Source: Octopus sinensis (lineage: Eukaryota). Taken from it: a stretch of 64,000 bases of DNA. The stretch spans positions 22,320,001 through 22,384,000 of the forward strand of contig NC_043021.1 in NCBI RefSeq assembly GCF_006345805.1, given 5' to 3'. The notes beneath the pieces are model-generated. The model worked only from the letters and a program-made list of their open reading frames with translations. It was not told the DNA's origin and did no database searches. This document shows positions 27,740-40,443 of this stretch, piece after piece. The number at the start of each line of letters is the position of its first letter. Position 1 is the first letter of the stretch. A program made the position numbers and the translations under genes.

Positions 27740-27946
27740 TAATAGCAGCAGCAGCAGTAGCAGGAGCAGCAGTAATAGCGGTAGTAGTTGTAGTAGTAGT
27801 TGTAGTAGTAGTTGTAGTAGTAGTTGTTGTTGTAGCAGCAGCAGTAATAGCATTAACACTAGTTATAGCATTAATAGTAGATTTACTAGGTGTACAACCT
27901 ATGGCAGTAATATCTGTAATAATATTATTAATATCATTATTATTAT

Positions 27947-27993
<47 letters not shown>

Positions 27994-27999
27994 ATAGTT

Positions 28000-28030
<31 letters not shown>

Positions 28031-28114
28031 CAGCAGCAACAGCAGCAGCAGTAGTAGTGGTAGCAGTAGTAGCAGCAGCAGCAGTGATACTGGTAGTAAT
28101 AGTAGTAGTAGTAA

Positions 28115-28149
<35 letters not shown>

Positions 28150-28372
28150 ATAGTAGCAGCAGGAGCAGTAGTAGTAGTTGTGGTGGTGGTGGTGGTGGTG
28201 GTGGTGATGGTATTAGTAGTAGTGGTCGTGGTGGTGATTGTGGTGGCGGTATTATTAGTAGTAGTAGTGGTGGAAGTGGTGGGGGTGGGGGTTGTACTAG
28301 TAGTAGTATAGGAGGAGGAGGAGGAGGAAGGACAGCAGCAGCAGGGGCAGGAGCAGGAGGACGAGCAGGAGG
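27740..28372. repeat. Compound (CAG)(TAG)(TGG)(GGA) array
   Basis: Direct inspection. It underlies the 238-aa Ser/Gly ORF at 27723-28439. Confidence 0.9.
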
Positions 28373-28504
28373 AATATTTCCTCTCATTGGAATACCTTCA
28401 GATTTGAGGAAGCCCGCTCTGGGGTGTGCTGAACACTGAACACAAGGGAAACGAAATCAAATATGCATTCCTTTGTGAAATATTGATTTGATAATTTAGC
28501 ACCA

Positions 28505-28700
28505 GGCTAGTTAAATTCGGGAAGGGAGTAGCTCGATTACATCGTTTCAAGTGCTCAGCTGGTCCTGTTTTTTTTTTTTTTATCGGCCCCGAAATTATAA
28601 AAAATGTTAAGTCGATCTCGGCAGAATTTGAACTCGGAACGTAAGAACGGACGCAATGAAGCTAAGCAATTTTGCCTGGTGCACTCACGGTTGTGCCAGC
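28505..28700 (-). mobile_element. Degenerate SINE family C-like copy
   Basis: tcgattacatcg...atcggccccgaaa...aagtcgatctcggcagaatttgaactcggaacgtaa...tgccagctca. Confidence 0.6.
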
Positions 28701-29072
28701 TCAAAGTGAGATTACCCATTTTATTTCAAAGTAAATCTGATGCACTAAAACTCGAAGAAATGCACCCACGGACACATACCCTATTGATATTTATCTACAA
28801 AATTTGTTCATAATGATTAGGTATCTGCGCAACGCCGGGTATCTTTCTTATTCTATATATGTGCATGAAATAAAAAAAGAAGATAGCAATAAAACATACA
28901 CACACACATAAGTGCACACACTACACTTACACATGCAATGTATATGTGTGTGTACCAGAGGAAATATATACGTACATTATAAATGCACATTGATCATAAT
29001 TAGGAGGTTGTTGTACAAGTGCGTATGTGATGGCGCATGCCTAGAAGTTGTTTTCTTTCATTCTACAAAACT

Positions 29073-30055
29073 TAACGAGTTCTGATCAAATTATAGAGCT
29101 TGAGATATAAATTTTACTGAAATCAATTGAAATAAAAGTATTTCTCTACGACATTCCATCAGCAAAAATTATATTCCTTAATGTTATATTACCAAATGTG
29201 TTAAATCGACGAAAAGAAGAAAAGAAGAAAAATAAATTTGGATAGAAACAGGAATATTTTCAGATCTAGTTATCTCGTGAACAACAGAAAAAAAGCTAAA
29301 TGGAGAGAGAATAAAAATTGAACATGAGAAAACAAAGAAGCCTACACTTTGATTGATTGACGTGCTAGAGATAGAAAAAAAAACAGTAGGTATAAATGTT
29401 CTCAAAAATGACACACTGTCTACCAACAAGAAAAAGGTTCGATTGGATGTAAGTTACAAGCATTGGACTTCAGAATTACATGATGATCTCTGAGGCTTTA
29501 TTACGAAGATTCATCATACTCTCCCTTGATTACCATCTTTCTACCTCTCTCTCATCTAGATGATCTCAATTTTTTTTTAATCCAGAGCTAATAGTATCTT
29601 CTATAAATCATTGTCTTTCTACTGCATTTATTACGTACCCTATTCCACCTTACACTCACAAAAATGGTAGAGCTTCCCTCTCTCTGTCTCTTTCTTCCTC
29701 TGAAATCACTTCATATATACTTTTTTTAATATCAATATATACTTGTGTATATATATATATAGTTAGGTTTTTTTTATTTTTCAAAACTCATTGTTATTTG
29801 TTTTGTATATTTCTTTATTTCTAACCGAATAAAAATGTACGTTCTCCTTTTCTAAGTAATTGGAAGAGACGCACAAAACTTTTACCTACTTTCATCCTTC
29901 AATAAACGCGTATATTCCCACAAACCGGTGTGTTTTATAGAAATACATACTTCCATATACATACATATTATTTCTGAAATAAATAAGCATAGATACACAA
30001 GTATATACATGCCTATATATATACATGAATGTATGTATGTATATGTATATATATA

Positions 30056-30097
<42 letters not shown>

Positions 30098-30110
30098 GTA
30101 TATATGAGTG

Positions 30111-30161
<51 letters not shown>

Positions 30162-30544
30162 CATATACATATATACATATACTACATATACACACACACG
30201 TATATATACATATGCGAGTGTGTATACGTGCACCCGTGTGCGTGTACCCCCGTGTGTGTGTTGTGTGTGTATAGGTATGTATGCATGTATGTATAATATA
30301 TCAGTATGAGTTTTGAACAAGCATATAGAGATTTATGTATGTTTGCGTAAAAATGAGTAATCAGAACATGAGTCAAAGAGTTACATTATCAGTTTATGGA
30401 TATTTGCGTGTATATTTGCACATATATTTGTGCATGTGTGCAAGGAAGTTTCAAGCGTTTTCACCCACAAATCTAACGAGGTCTGATAAAATTATAGAGT
30501 TCTTGATATAAATTTTACAGAAATCAATTGAAATAAAAGTATTT
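29073..30544 (+). repeat. Diverged direct repeat: ~70-bp cores at 29073-29143 and 30474-30544
   Basis: taacgagttctgatcaaattatagagcttgagatataaattttactgaaatcaattgaaataaaagtattt versus taacgaggtctgataaaattatagagttcttgatataaattttacagaaatcaattgaaataaaagtattt, with weaker similarity on both sides. Confidence 0.8.
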
Positions 30545-31635
30545 TTCCAAGATAGACTCCTCCTGCTAAAAGTAATAATTTTTTTTTTTTTTAAATCTTA
30601 TATTAACAAACACGTTTACTCAAAAGAAGATGTCTGCCGCAGAAAAAAAAATGTAATATTTTAAATTGGAAAGAAAAAATTGAGATCATTTTATTATCGG
30701 TAACCTAAGGAATGTAAACTAGGTCGATAAATATGCTAGGAAACAAGCAAATTTTTTATCTAAATGGTAACACTGAATAAAAATGATCTTATCATTATTT
30801 TCAAACGACGCTTTTTTTATGGCTGTCTCGGTTTTCAACGTATCTGTAACCACATAGTAGTTTGGCTTCATGCTATTATCATAACACTCTAACCTATGTG
30901 GTTAATGAAATAATTATGATTATAATTATCTTTATGATTATTTTTTGCTGTAGATTCGAAGTATTATTATTATTGTTGTCCTAGTTATTGTTATGAATCT
31001 TATTACTGATTTCTTTCTACGGACACACGCGAACACTCATATAGATATAGAAAAAAATAAGCAGTTGTATAAATACATACAAGTATAAATACATACAAGT
31101 ATATATATATATATATATTATATATATATATATATACATATATATGCGTGTGTGTGTGTGTGCACAAAATGAGAGGAGGAGACGCATAGAGATAATATAC
31201 AAGGGGTTTTTGTCAATTTACGTAATATAATATCTATTATGAGTGCACTGATTTGCTTTACTGCTAAAACTCCGGGTTGAATTGCAACTGAGAGACATGG
31301 TACTGAGAATGGCTATGAAAAGTGACTAGAAGTGGCTTCTCCTTGAGCGAGTGGATATAAATCCAAATAGTAAATGAAATCGCAAAATATTTGTTATCAG
31401 TCGAAAGACATTTCATTTAATTAAAGGACATAAGCAGAGTGCAGCGTTGTTAGGTGTAATTATGTATACCTCTGTGTAGATTAATGCTTATCTAGACATG
31501 GTTGAACAGTACAAGATCATTGGATAGGTCATAAAGACAAAAAAATACCTGGATGACAAATAGATGCTTGCCAGAGCACTCTTCCTCTGTGTCTCTCACT
31601 CTCACTCACTCTGTATCTCTCTCTCTCTCTCTCTC

Positions 31636-31669
<34 letters not shown>

Positions 31670-31812
31670 TGGGCGACTGGTATGCATGGGCGACTGCTGG
31701 TCTTCCATAAACAACCTTGCCCGGACTTGTGGCCTTGAAGGGTAACTTTCTAGGTGCAATCCCATGGTCATTCATGACCGAAGGGGGTCTTTACCCCTTT
31801 TATATATATATA

Positions 31813-31866
<54 letters not shown>

Positions 31867-32157
31867 ATATATATATATCTGTAAATGTATATCTGATTGA
31901 TGATCATCTGATGTTTTTAATTAAGCATTCATACATCGAGTATAATGTCATACCTGGTAACGTCTCTCGTCATACTTTGGTGGAACACGAGGGAATTATA
32001 TTTACAGCTATTCTTATCGTTAAGACGTTTCATATTAAGCCTGTACTTATTGAATTAGCTTTATTATTTTAGTAAGATTTAGATTTCGACGTGAATATTT
32101 TAAGATATTAATTCATAAGCAGCTTGCTTACGGTGTTGTACTCGTTATTGCAATCCG

Positions 32158-32543
32158 TGGAGGCGCAATGGCCCAGTGGTTAGGGCAGCGGACTCGCGGT
32201 CATAGGATCGCGGTTTCGATTCCCACACCGGGCGTTGTGAGTGTTTATTGAGCGAAAACACCTAAAGCTCCACGAGGCTCCGGCAGGGGATAGTGGTGAT
32301 CCCTGCTGTACTCTTTCACCACAACTTTCTCTCACTCTTACTTCCTGTTTCTGTTGTACCTGTATTTCAAAGGGCCGGCCTTGTCACTCTCTGTGTCACG
32401 CTGAATATCCTCGAGAACTACGTTAAGGGTACACGTGTCTGTGGAGTGCTCAGCCACTTACACGTTAATTTCACGAGCAGGCTGTTCCGTTGATTCGGAT
32501 CAACCGGAACCCTCGTCGTCGTAACCGACGGAGTGCTTCCACC
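32158..32543 (+). mobile_element. SINE family B, full length, with an 11-bp TSD
   Basis: TSD attgcaatccg at 32147-32157 and 32544-32554. The head is ggaggcgcaatggcccagtggttagg. Confidence 0.92.
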
Positions 32544-32610
32544 ATTGCAATCCGATCGTTGTTCTCTTTCGTATAACGTTGCTCCCGTCAATGCAACTCT
32601 TGATACGCAG

Positions 32611-32718
32611 CCTTGCGATGGACTAGCGACCTGTCCAGGTGTGATGCGGTTATCTCCGTCACTTTTACGTCATGGAAACCGGGTGACCACCCTATGAACT
32701 GTAGCTAGCACTCGAGAC
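32611..32718 (+). mobile_element. 3' fragment of another SINE family
   Basis: ccttgcgatggactagcgacctgtccagg...catggaaaccggg...ctcgaga, related to the 3' halves of 3490-3768, 54145-54385 and 63460-63610. Confidence 0.6.
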
Positions 32719-32749
32719 ATTAACGTCCCGGTTTTGAGGGTAATATCAA

Positions 32750-32910
32750 TGATGTTGATCATGATGATGACAATGACAATGATGATGATGATGACGGTGA
32801 TGATGACGACGATGATGACGATGATGACGATGATGATGATGATGACGACGACGACGATGATGATGATAATGATGATGATGATGATGATGACGATGACGAT
32901 GACGACGATA

Positions 32911-32945
<35 letters not shown>

Positions 32946-32961
32946 TACGATGACGACGATA

Positions 32962-33002
<41 letters not shown>

Positions 33003-33331
33003 CATGATCATGATGATGATGATGACGATGATGACGATGACGACGACGACGATGATGATGATAATGATGATGATGATGATGATGATGACGACGACGACGA
33101 TGATGATATGATGATGATGGTGATGATGATGATGATGAGACGACGATGATGATGATGATCATCATCATCATCATGATCATGATGACGATGACGATGATGA
33201 TGATGATGATGATGACGATGATGACGATGATGATGTTGATGATGACGATGATGACGGTGATGATGACGACGACGACGACGATGATGATGATGATGATGAT
33301 GATGATGACGACGACGACGATGATGATGATA

Positions 33332-33368
<37 letters not shown>

Positions 33369-33490
33369 CGATGACGACGATAATGATGATGATGATAATG
33401 ATCATGATGATCATGATGATGATCATGATCATGATCATGACGGTGACGGCGTTTGAGGAAACGGTGGTGGTGGTGGTGGTGGTGATGATT
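32750..33490. repeat. ~740-bp (GAT/GAC)n array with gatcat variants
   Basis: Direct inspection. It is the source of the poly-M/T, poly-I and poly-H ORFs. Confidence 0.95.
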
Positions 33491-34169
33491 ACTATTGAGC
33501 AGTCGATCAATATAGTTGACACCTGAGCGTGTGGTTGCCAGCTACTTGAATAATTGTGATATTATTTTGCAAATACCTTATCATAGATTTCATCGCTTCT
33601 GACACATGCAAAATATACCTATATACAAGGTGGCTGTGGTTTAAATGCTTTTCATCAGAGCGATGTGTGATATGAGGTCCCGGAGCTGAATCCTAAAATC
33701 ATATGAATTATCAAAATGTGGCACGTGATCAATTCATAGTACAATAACAAGACGATGCAGCTTTATTATAATGACACAGACAGCAAATTATGTGTATTTT
33801 GCTTTCTATAAAATAAAACGCATGAGTAACACTGAGAAATCCGAAGTGACTATTAGGTATCGATGATGTATAACAAAGAAAATACACTTAGATACTAAGT
33901 TCAATGATTATACGTAAAAAATATTAAAATCTTATAACAGATAAGCTTTTGTATTTGGGAAAAAATAGACTCATTGTAAAATTATTTTAAGTTAATAGAT
34001 TTCCAAATCAATAAAAACATACTAAATTGTCTGAAATATAACAATATATGTCACAGAAATTAATATTTGTTGTTATGAAATATATTTAAAAAGATAAATT
34101 TATAATTGTACACAGATTTCAACGATTCTTTCTATATCCGAATAAAAAAAAATTAAATGCGTATATATA

Positions 34170-34460
34170 AGTACCAGTTGAGCACAGGGGTCGATTTATT
34201 TGACTCCCCAATTTTTCAAACTTTCAGACCCTGTGCTTATATTAGAAAGATTACAAGGCAGAATCGTTAGCCCGCCAAAAACTAAGCTTGGCGGCATTTC
34301 ATCCGACTTTACGTTCTGATTTCCTATGCCGCCAAGGTCAACTTTGCATCACATCCATTTGGGGTGGGTAAAATAGCTTCCAGTTGATTACTAGAGTTGA
34401 TGTAGCCGACATAGGCCGCAACCCGAAATTGCCGGCCCTGTGCCAACAATTGAAACTACA
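34170..34460 (+). mobile_element. Two decayed SINE family C-related pieces in tandem
   Basis: aagtaccagttgagcacaggggtcgat... followed by gcagaatcgttagc...ttacgttctga...gccgccaaggtcaactttg. Confidence 0.55.
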
Positions 34461-35759
34461 TTACGGGGAATGTTTTATTAAAGTCTTTTGAGAATTATCT
34501 GCTAAACTTTTCTCACTTCACATCGAAATTCTTGTTACAAGAAATTAATTGAGAAAACGGGAAGAAAAACGGGGGCACTTATTGCTAAATGTGGAAATGC
34601 ACAACGGATTAAATACGTGTTGGTGCAGGGAATAAAATGATAGGAAAACGCGTTTGTTTGCCATCAAAACACATGATTTTTGTACTTCGTTTACCTTGTA
34701 ATCTATTCTTTATTTACGCTCTACCTCAGCAAATAAAGAAAGATGGATGAAGAAACAAAGAGAAAGAGAGGGGGAGGGAGGGAACGGAAAGCCATTTGGA
34801 AAGAGAGATAGCCGAGAAAACACAGAACATAAGACCCGTGAGAAATTTCAATAAATTGGAATAGGGAGAGGTTAGAAATAAGAGTGATGAGGTGGAGAAG
34901 AAAGGCAGACAGAAGAGACCCTGAAAGAGGAAGAAATAGTCTGAGAGCAGAGGAGGCATGTGGAGAGCATAGTCTCAGCATTCTAATTTCTATTTGTCTT
35001 ACTGGTATTATTTAATCCTCTAAGGCGACGAACAGACCGAATTTGAAATCAGTATTAAATTCTTGTTACTCTGCACCAAGAAAATTTTGCTTGAGAGTTG
35101 AAATAAAGCAAAATATAGTAAAAACCGGAGTAATATGATGAGATATTGCCGTGTCACCTACTGTTGTGAACTAATGAAATATGAAGAACACAATCAGTAA
35201 AATTTATTAAAATATAATCATGTAGAATACTATCATGTTAATATATTCACTAAAAGCTGAGATTGTTCAGAACATCTGAATATGACTGTTTCGTAATTAT
35301 AACAGCAGCATAGTAGAACGTTAGGAATCTAGCGGTGTTGTGTATCAGCAGAAATAAAAAAAAAATATTTCAATATTTCAAACGTTGGAATAAAGAAAAT
35401 TTTATGTCTCAGAGCATCAGATGTTTTCCACGGTTTGAAATATTAATTATAAAACATATTCCTAAAAGAAAATTTAACATTAATTTAGAGAATTCAGCTG
35501 CAAGTAAAGGTGTTGTGATGTAAAGTATAATATGTTACAAGTGACGTATCAGTGTATCACTCAACGGAAACAATTTTAAACACAGACGTCAATGTCACAT
35601 GTGACAGTCGAGAAAACGGGGAAGGACAACGCTTACTTGTTGCCCATTCACCAATGTAGGCGATGCAAACACCCGTGCCCACTCACAAGACCGACACAAC
35701 AGACTTGGCTTTATTGAGACAGATGTTGTGCTATGGGATCAGATGATTTAAACTCGCAC

Positions 35760-35990
35760 TTGCCTCAACAGTCATCCACTCTCATGTGACTAAATTGTTT
35801 TCTCTGAGGCTTCCGACAATTCCCTTGCAGCATTTTTTGCCTTCTTCGTAGCTAATCCAAAGCTCATGTGCTTAGAGTAACCCTCGGTTTCAAAAAATCC
35901 TCTAGCAATTATCTCTACAGGAACGCATAATATCTCCGACCCACTGTTGTCACAAAGTTCAAATTGCAGTCGGCAAGATATTTTTCATAA
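35760..35990 (-). pseudogene. Decayed C-terminus of a restriction-like-endonuclease non-LTR ORF (HERO/NeSL-like)
   Basis: Manual translation with a frameshift gives AYEKYLA...PVEIIARGFF...LATKKAKNAARELSEASEK, resembling the PVEVGxRGF...LSxxAE motif of HERO-type elements. Confidence 0.45.
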
Positions 35991-36473
35991 GCATTTATCT
36001 TTGCTTAACTGTAATGCAGCTTTCTTGTGAAAACTCAGCAAATTTACTTGGAAAACATTGGCAAACGTATAAAGTGTGAGTAGAAACATCAAAACACATC
36101 CACGTGGATTTCAGCGATTGCACACGAACAATGGAGAGCACGAATTGTGGAAGTTGTAGAAGTGGTATAAGGATATCTTGCTCAAAGAGAGGGAAAGAGA
36201 GAGCGAATGGAGAATGCATATTTGAAGGATACATAGGTTGACAAGCACAGAGATACATAAATAGATAGATAGATACACACATATATACATTCAAAGTAAA
36301 GAGAGATAAAGTGAGAGAGATTTAGAGGGAGAGACAGACAGACAGACAGACAGACATATAAACAGAGAAAGAGATTCGGGGGAAGTGTCTGCTGAGCGCA
36401 AGTAAGCCGAACCATCGCACTGAAAATTAAGACACTTAGTGATCTCTACTGGAACAGTGGAGCAAGATTAATG

Positions 36474-36704
36474 ATAGGCGACGAGCTGGCAGAAACGTTA
36501 GCGCGTCGGGCGAAATGCGTAGCCGTATTTCGTCTGCCGTTACGTTCTGGGTTCAAATTCCGCCGAGGGCGACTTTGCTTTTCATCCTTTCGGGGTCGTT
36601 AAATTAAGTACCAGTTACGCACTGGGGTCGATGTAATCGACTTAATCCGTTTGTCTCTCCTTGTTTGTACCCTCTGTGTTTAGCCCCTTGTGGGTAGTAA
36701 AGAT
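36474..36704 (+). mobile_element. SINE family C, full length
   Basis: ataggcgacgagctggcagaaacgttagc...tttagccccttgtgggtagtaaaga. Confidence 0.9.
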
Positions 36705-37281
36705 ATATATATTATTTCCGTACTTGTATATATACAATACACACACAGGCACACACATATATACATAAGTACATATACGCATACATACACATATATATAT
36801 ATACATATGTGCTTATATATATACATATATATATAGGTATGGGTATATATATATATATATATATATATATGCATATATACACATATATATTTATATATTT
36901 CTACATACATCATGCATACTTATATATGCATGTTTGAGTTATATAAATAGTTGTGTATATCTGAGCGTATTTACATTTAGATATTAAACAGAAAATAAAG
37001 TTAAAATACATTAAAATAAAACTTCATATATTCGAATCACATTTGTTTATTTTAGATAAACATCTTCATAGGGAGAGGTATTTTTTTTTACATGGTTTCT
37101 GCCCAACGGTTATTTTCTAACGCTCTTTCACACTTTATATTTTGCTCAAAATTTCTAAATTTCATTAAAAATGAAATATTTGAAGAGTTTAATCCATTTA
37201 ACAAATTTTCTAACTCTGTAATCCAAGTTTTATATGATTTCATTGATCGCGTCGAACATTGCTTTTACAAATATACATTTC

Positions 37282-37317
<36 letters not shown>

Positions 37318-37321
<4 letters not shown>

Positions 37322-37513
37322 GCAGCGTGGAAGGTGTTTATAAGCCATTTAAGAAACACACAAAACCGTTAGATTCACTTCAACATTTAAATTTAACAAG
37401 TCGCGGTCTCAAAGCGACTAAAATATTTTGACAAATTAAATTTAAATGTTGAAATGAATCTAACGGTTTTGTATGTTTCTTAAATGGCTTATAAACACCT
37501 CCTCGCTGCAATT
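37318..37513. mobile_element. Hairpin MITE with ~78-bp inverted arms
   Basis: aattgcagcgtggaaggtgtttataagccatttaagaaacacacaaaaccgttagattcacttcaacatttaaatttaa is nearly the reverse complement of 37436-37513. The loop is ~40 bp. Confidence 0.8.
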
Positions 37514-37573
37514 GTTTTCGTTCCAGCACACAGTCTCAGATCAAGTCACTCGCTATGCAAGTACAACTCCTTA

Positions 37574-37613
<40 letters not shown>

Positions 37614-37628
37614 TAATATATATTAATA

Positions 37629-37809
37629 CAGTGTACATCTGAGCACATAAGAGGCGTCCATCATAGGACACCTTGCACGCTAGTGAGAACACTATTAGGG
37701 ATACAATTTCAAACTTTTATCCCTAATAGTGTTTTGGAATTTAACTGTTCTCTCTAGCATGCAAGGAGTCCTATGATGGACGCCTCTTATGTGTTTAAAT
37801 CGTACACTG
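37629..37809. mobile_element. Tc1/mariner-type MITE with TA TSD and a nested inner palindrome
   Basis: TA|cagtgtac...cacataagaggcgtccatcatagga...tcctatgatggacgcctcttatgtg...gtacactg|TA. The inner inverted repeat is aacactattagggata / tatccctaatagtgtt. Confidence 0.85.
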
Positions 37810-37911
37810 TATTTGTATGAATAATATATAGTGTATTACCTAAATTTTTACACGCCGGGCCACTGGTAAAGGAAATTTCTAATATTACTGATTACCCTTT
37901 GATATTATTAA

Positions 37912-37963
<52 letters not shown>

Positions 37964-38028
37964 ATATATGTATATGTGTGTATAAGTATATATACATATA
38001 TAAAGTACATCTATATATATATGTATTT

Positions 38029-38078
<50 letters not shown>

Positions 38079-38209
38079 AAGAGAGAGAGATAAATAAGTT
38101 TCTTTATTGTCCACACAGGGCTGCACACAGATGGGACAATTTACAAGGTAGAGCTTTTCTTTTGGGGGATGAAAAAAAAGAAAGAAACAAAAAACAAAAG
38201 AAACAAAAA

Positions 38210-38257
38210 AAATAGATAGATAGATAGATAGGAAGATAGGAAGATAGATAGATAGAT

Positions 38258-38303
<46 letters not shown>

Positions 38304-38315
38304 AGATAGATAGAT

Positions 38316-38352
<37 letters not shown>

Positions 38353-38385
38353 CAGACAGATAGATAGATAGATAGATAGATAGAT
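38210..38385. repeat. (GATA)n array
   Basis: Direct inspection. Confidence 0.95.
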
Positions 38386-38640
38386 GTGTTTCGTGTTTCA
38401 GAAAGACTCTGCACTATCTCACATGACTGTAGTAACAAAGGAATGGATGGCTAAAAATGTTGATGGTCAGGCAACCCCTAACATTTGGCCTCCTCTTACC
38501 CCAGATCTCAATTCATTGGACGAATACATGTGGAGCGTTGTTGTGAGAGAGGCCAATGAACGCGCCCAAACAACCACCAAAGATTCTTTGAAAGCTGCTA
38601 TAGGTAATGTCTAACTTAACCAGGACCATTTGATTCGAGC
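38386..38640 (+). pseudogene. DD37D (maT-type) Tc1/mariner transposase C-terminal fragment
   Basis: FVFQKDSALSH...WPPLTPDLNSLDEYMWSVV. I count 37 residues between the QKD aspartate and the LD aspartate. Confidence 0.8.
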
Positions 38641-38787
38641 ATGATTATGATGATGATGATGATGATGATGATGACGATCATGATGATGATGACGACAACG
38701 ACGACGACGGTGGTGGTGGTGGTGGTGGTTGGTGGTGGTGGTGGTGGTGGTGGTGGTGGTGGTGGTTGGTAGTGTTATGTATGAAAG

Positions 38788-39026
38788 ATAGGCTGGCGAG
38801 CTGGCAGTGGTTATGATAAGGCGGTGAGCTAGCAGAAACGTTAGCACGTCGGGCGAAATGCTTAGCGGTATTTCGTCTGCCGTTACGTTGTGAGTTCAAA
38901 TTCCGCCGAGGTCGACTTTACCTTTCATCCTTTCGGGGTCGATAAATTAAGTACCAGTTACGCACTGGGGTCGATGTAATCGACTTAATACCTATGTCTG
39001 TCCTTGTTTGTGGGTAATAAAGAAAT
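38788..39026 (+). mobile_element. SINE family C preceded by a short duplicate of its 5' end
   Basis: ataggctggcgagctggcag-tggttatg-ataaggcggtgagctagcagaaacgttagc..., ending gggtaataaagaaat. Confidence 0.88.
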
Positions 39027-39440
39027 GGGTAGTGGTTATGATGAAGATGAAGAGGAGAAGGAAGATATGGTAGTAAATTAGAGATCGTAACGTATATATT
39101 AAATAGATGTTAGGATTTTAACAGAAGTAGACGGTCTTAAATGGCGTGAGAAGTGTGAAGAGAAACATTACTATGTAAGGCAAAGGTACGTAGTAATCGT
39201 CGACTATTATCATTATTACACACATCTCCTTTTCATTCTTCATTTGTAATTCTAATGGCAACATATACGAAATATAGAAAAGTTGTATCATGATCAAATA
39301 ACACTTCAAGCATTAGTAGAACCATTTCTTTTCTACAATACTGCGTTTGTTCATTCATATGTACGTACAGACATTTCTGCGTTGAAACATATTTACTTTT
39401 TTTGTGTCTGTTCGTGAATCTGTGTGTTTTGTATTCATAC

Positions 39441-39488
<48 letters not shown>

Positions 39489-39680
39489 TATATATTCAAG
39501 ATTTATATAGATATTTTACTTGTAAAGTAGCACACACACGAAAACACATACATGCAAACACACACCACTCATAATACACACATACATATATATATATATA
39601 AATATATATATAATATGTATATATGTATATATGTATATATGTATATATGTATATATATACATATGTATTATTATACACAC

Positions 39681-39714
<34 letters not shown>

Positions 39715-40175
39715 CAAACATATATACAAACATATATACAATATACATTAAAAGCAGTCGCAGTCAGTTTGCATTCCATTTTGAAATTTGCAATCGATTT
39801 TAAATGAGAGTACACTTTCATTAATTCAAATAATAAAAGTTCTTTTGAAGTTAAATTGATGTGGATGGATGTTATATATATTTAATGAAGCTGGAATGCA
39901 AATCACATTTTTCCAAATTCATCAACTTCTAAAAGATTAAAGACGTTTTAGTGCAGCTAACGTCGAATTCGATTCGAAAATTAGTTTTAAGCACTATATG
40001 GGGTAACCTACTTAATTTAAGCAGAAGAATTCGGTAAAGTATCAGATTAACGGTCGAAAAGTACAGTACGTCTGTTGTCCTGTGCGGTGGTGGAGCAGAC
40101 TTGGGATCAAATCATTCTATTTCTCATCACGCCATTCACTTTTTAGCACCAATATCCAATCTGTTCATGTCCTGT

Positions 40176-40212
<37 letters not shown>

Positions 40213-40219
40213 GCAAAAG

Positions 40220-40257
40220 CTGTCCGACGAACGGCAACGTGAAATTCAGAGTAACAG
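40220..40257 (+). ncRNA. Degenerate minimal type I hammerhead motif in a solo PLE-like end (~40212-40332) between (TA)n tracts
   Basis: ctgt-CCGACGA (U4 changed to C)-acg gcaa cgt-GAAA-ttcaga-GTA-acag. Stem I (ctgt/acag) and stem II (acg/cgt) pair. Confidence 0.5.
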
Positions 40258-40443
40258 GATTTGTTGAATTTTCTGTATTTGAGTACTCTTATTTTCCACC
40301 TTGTTCACATTTATGTGTTTACTCCGTATCCTTATATATATATATATATTATATATTAGGTCCCGGGTTGCTTCGGGGTAACAACCACAGTAAATAAGGT
40401 ACTCAATACATAGCAGAGTAAAGTTAATTTATTATATAGAAGG

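Noticed and set aside
27723-28439. 238-aa Ser/Gly-rich ORF (also 7084-7488 and 21907-22605)
   Set aside because: Almost entirely trinucleotide microsatellite; stop-free frames are expected by construction.
32734-33526. Poly-Met/Thr, poly-His and poly-Ile ORFs that might suggest reflectin-like or other structural proteins
   Set aside because: They are pure (GAT/GAC)n translations, open in several frames, with no reflectin motif or unique coding sequence.
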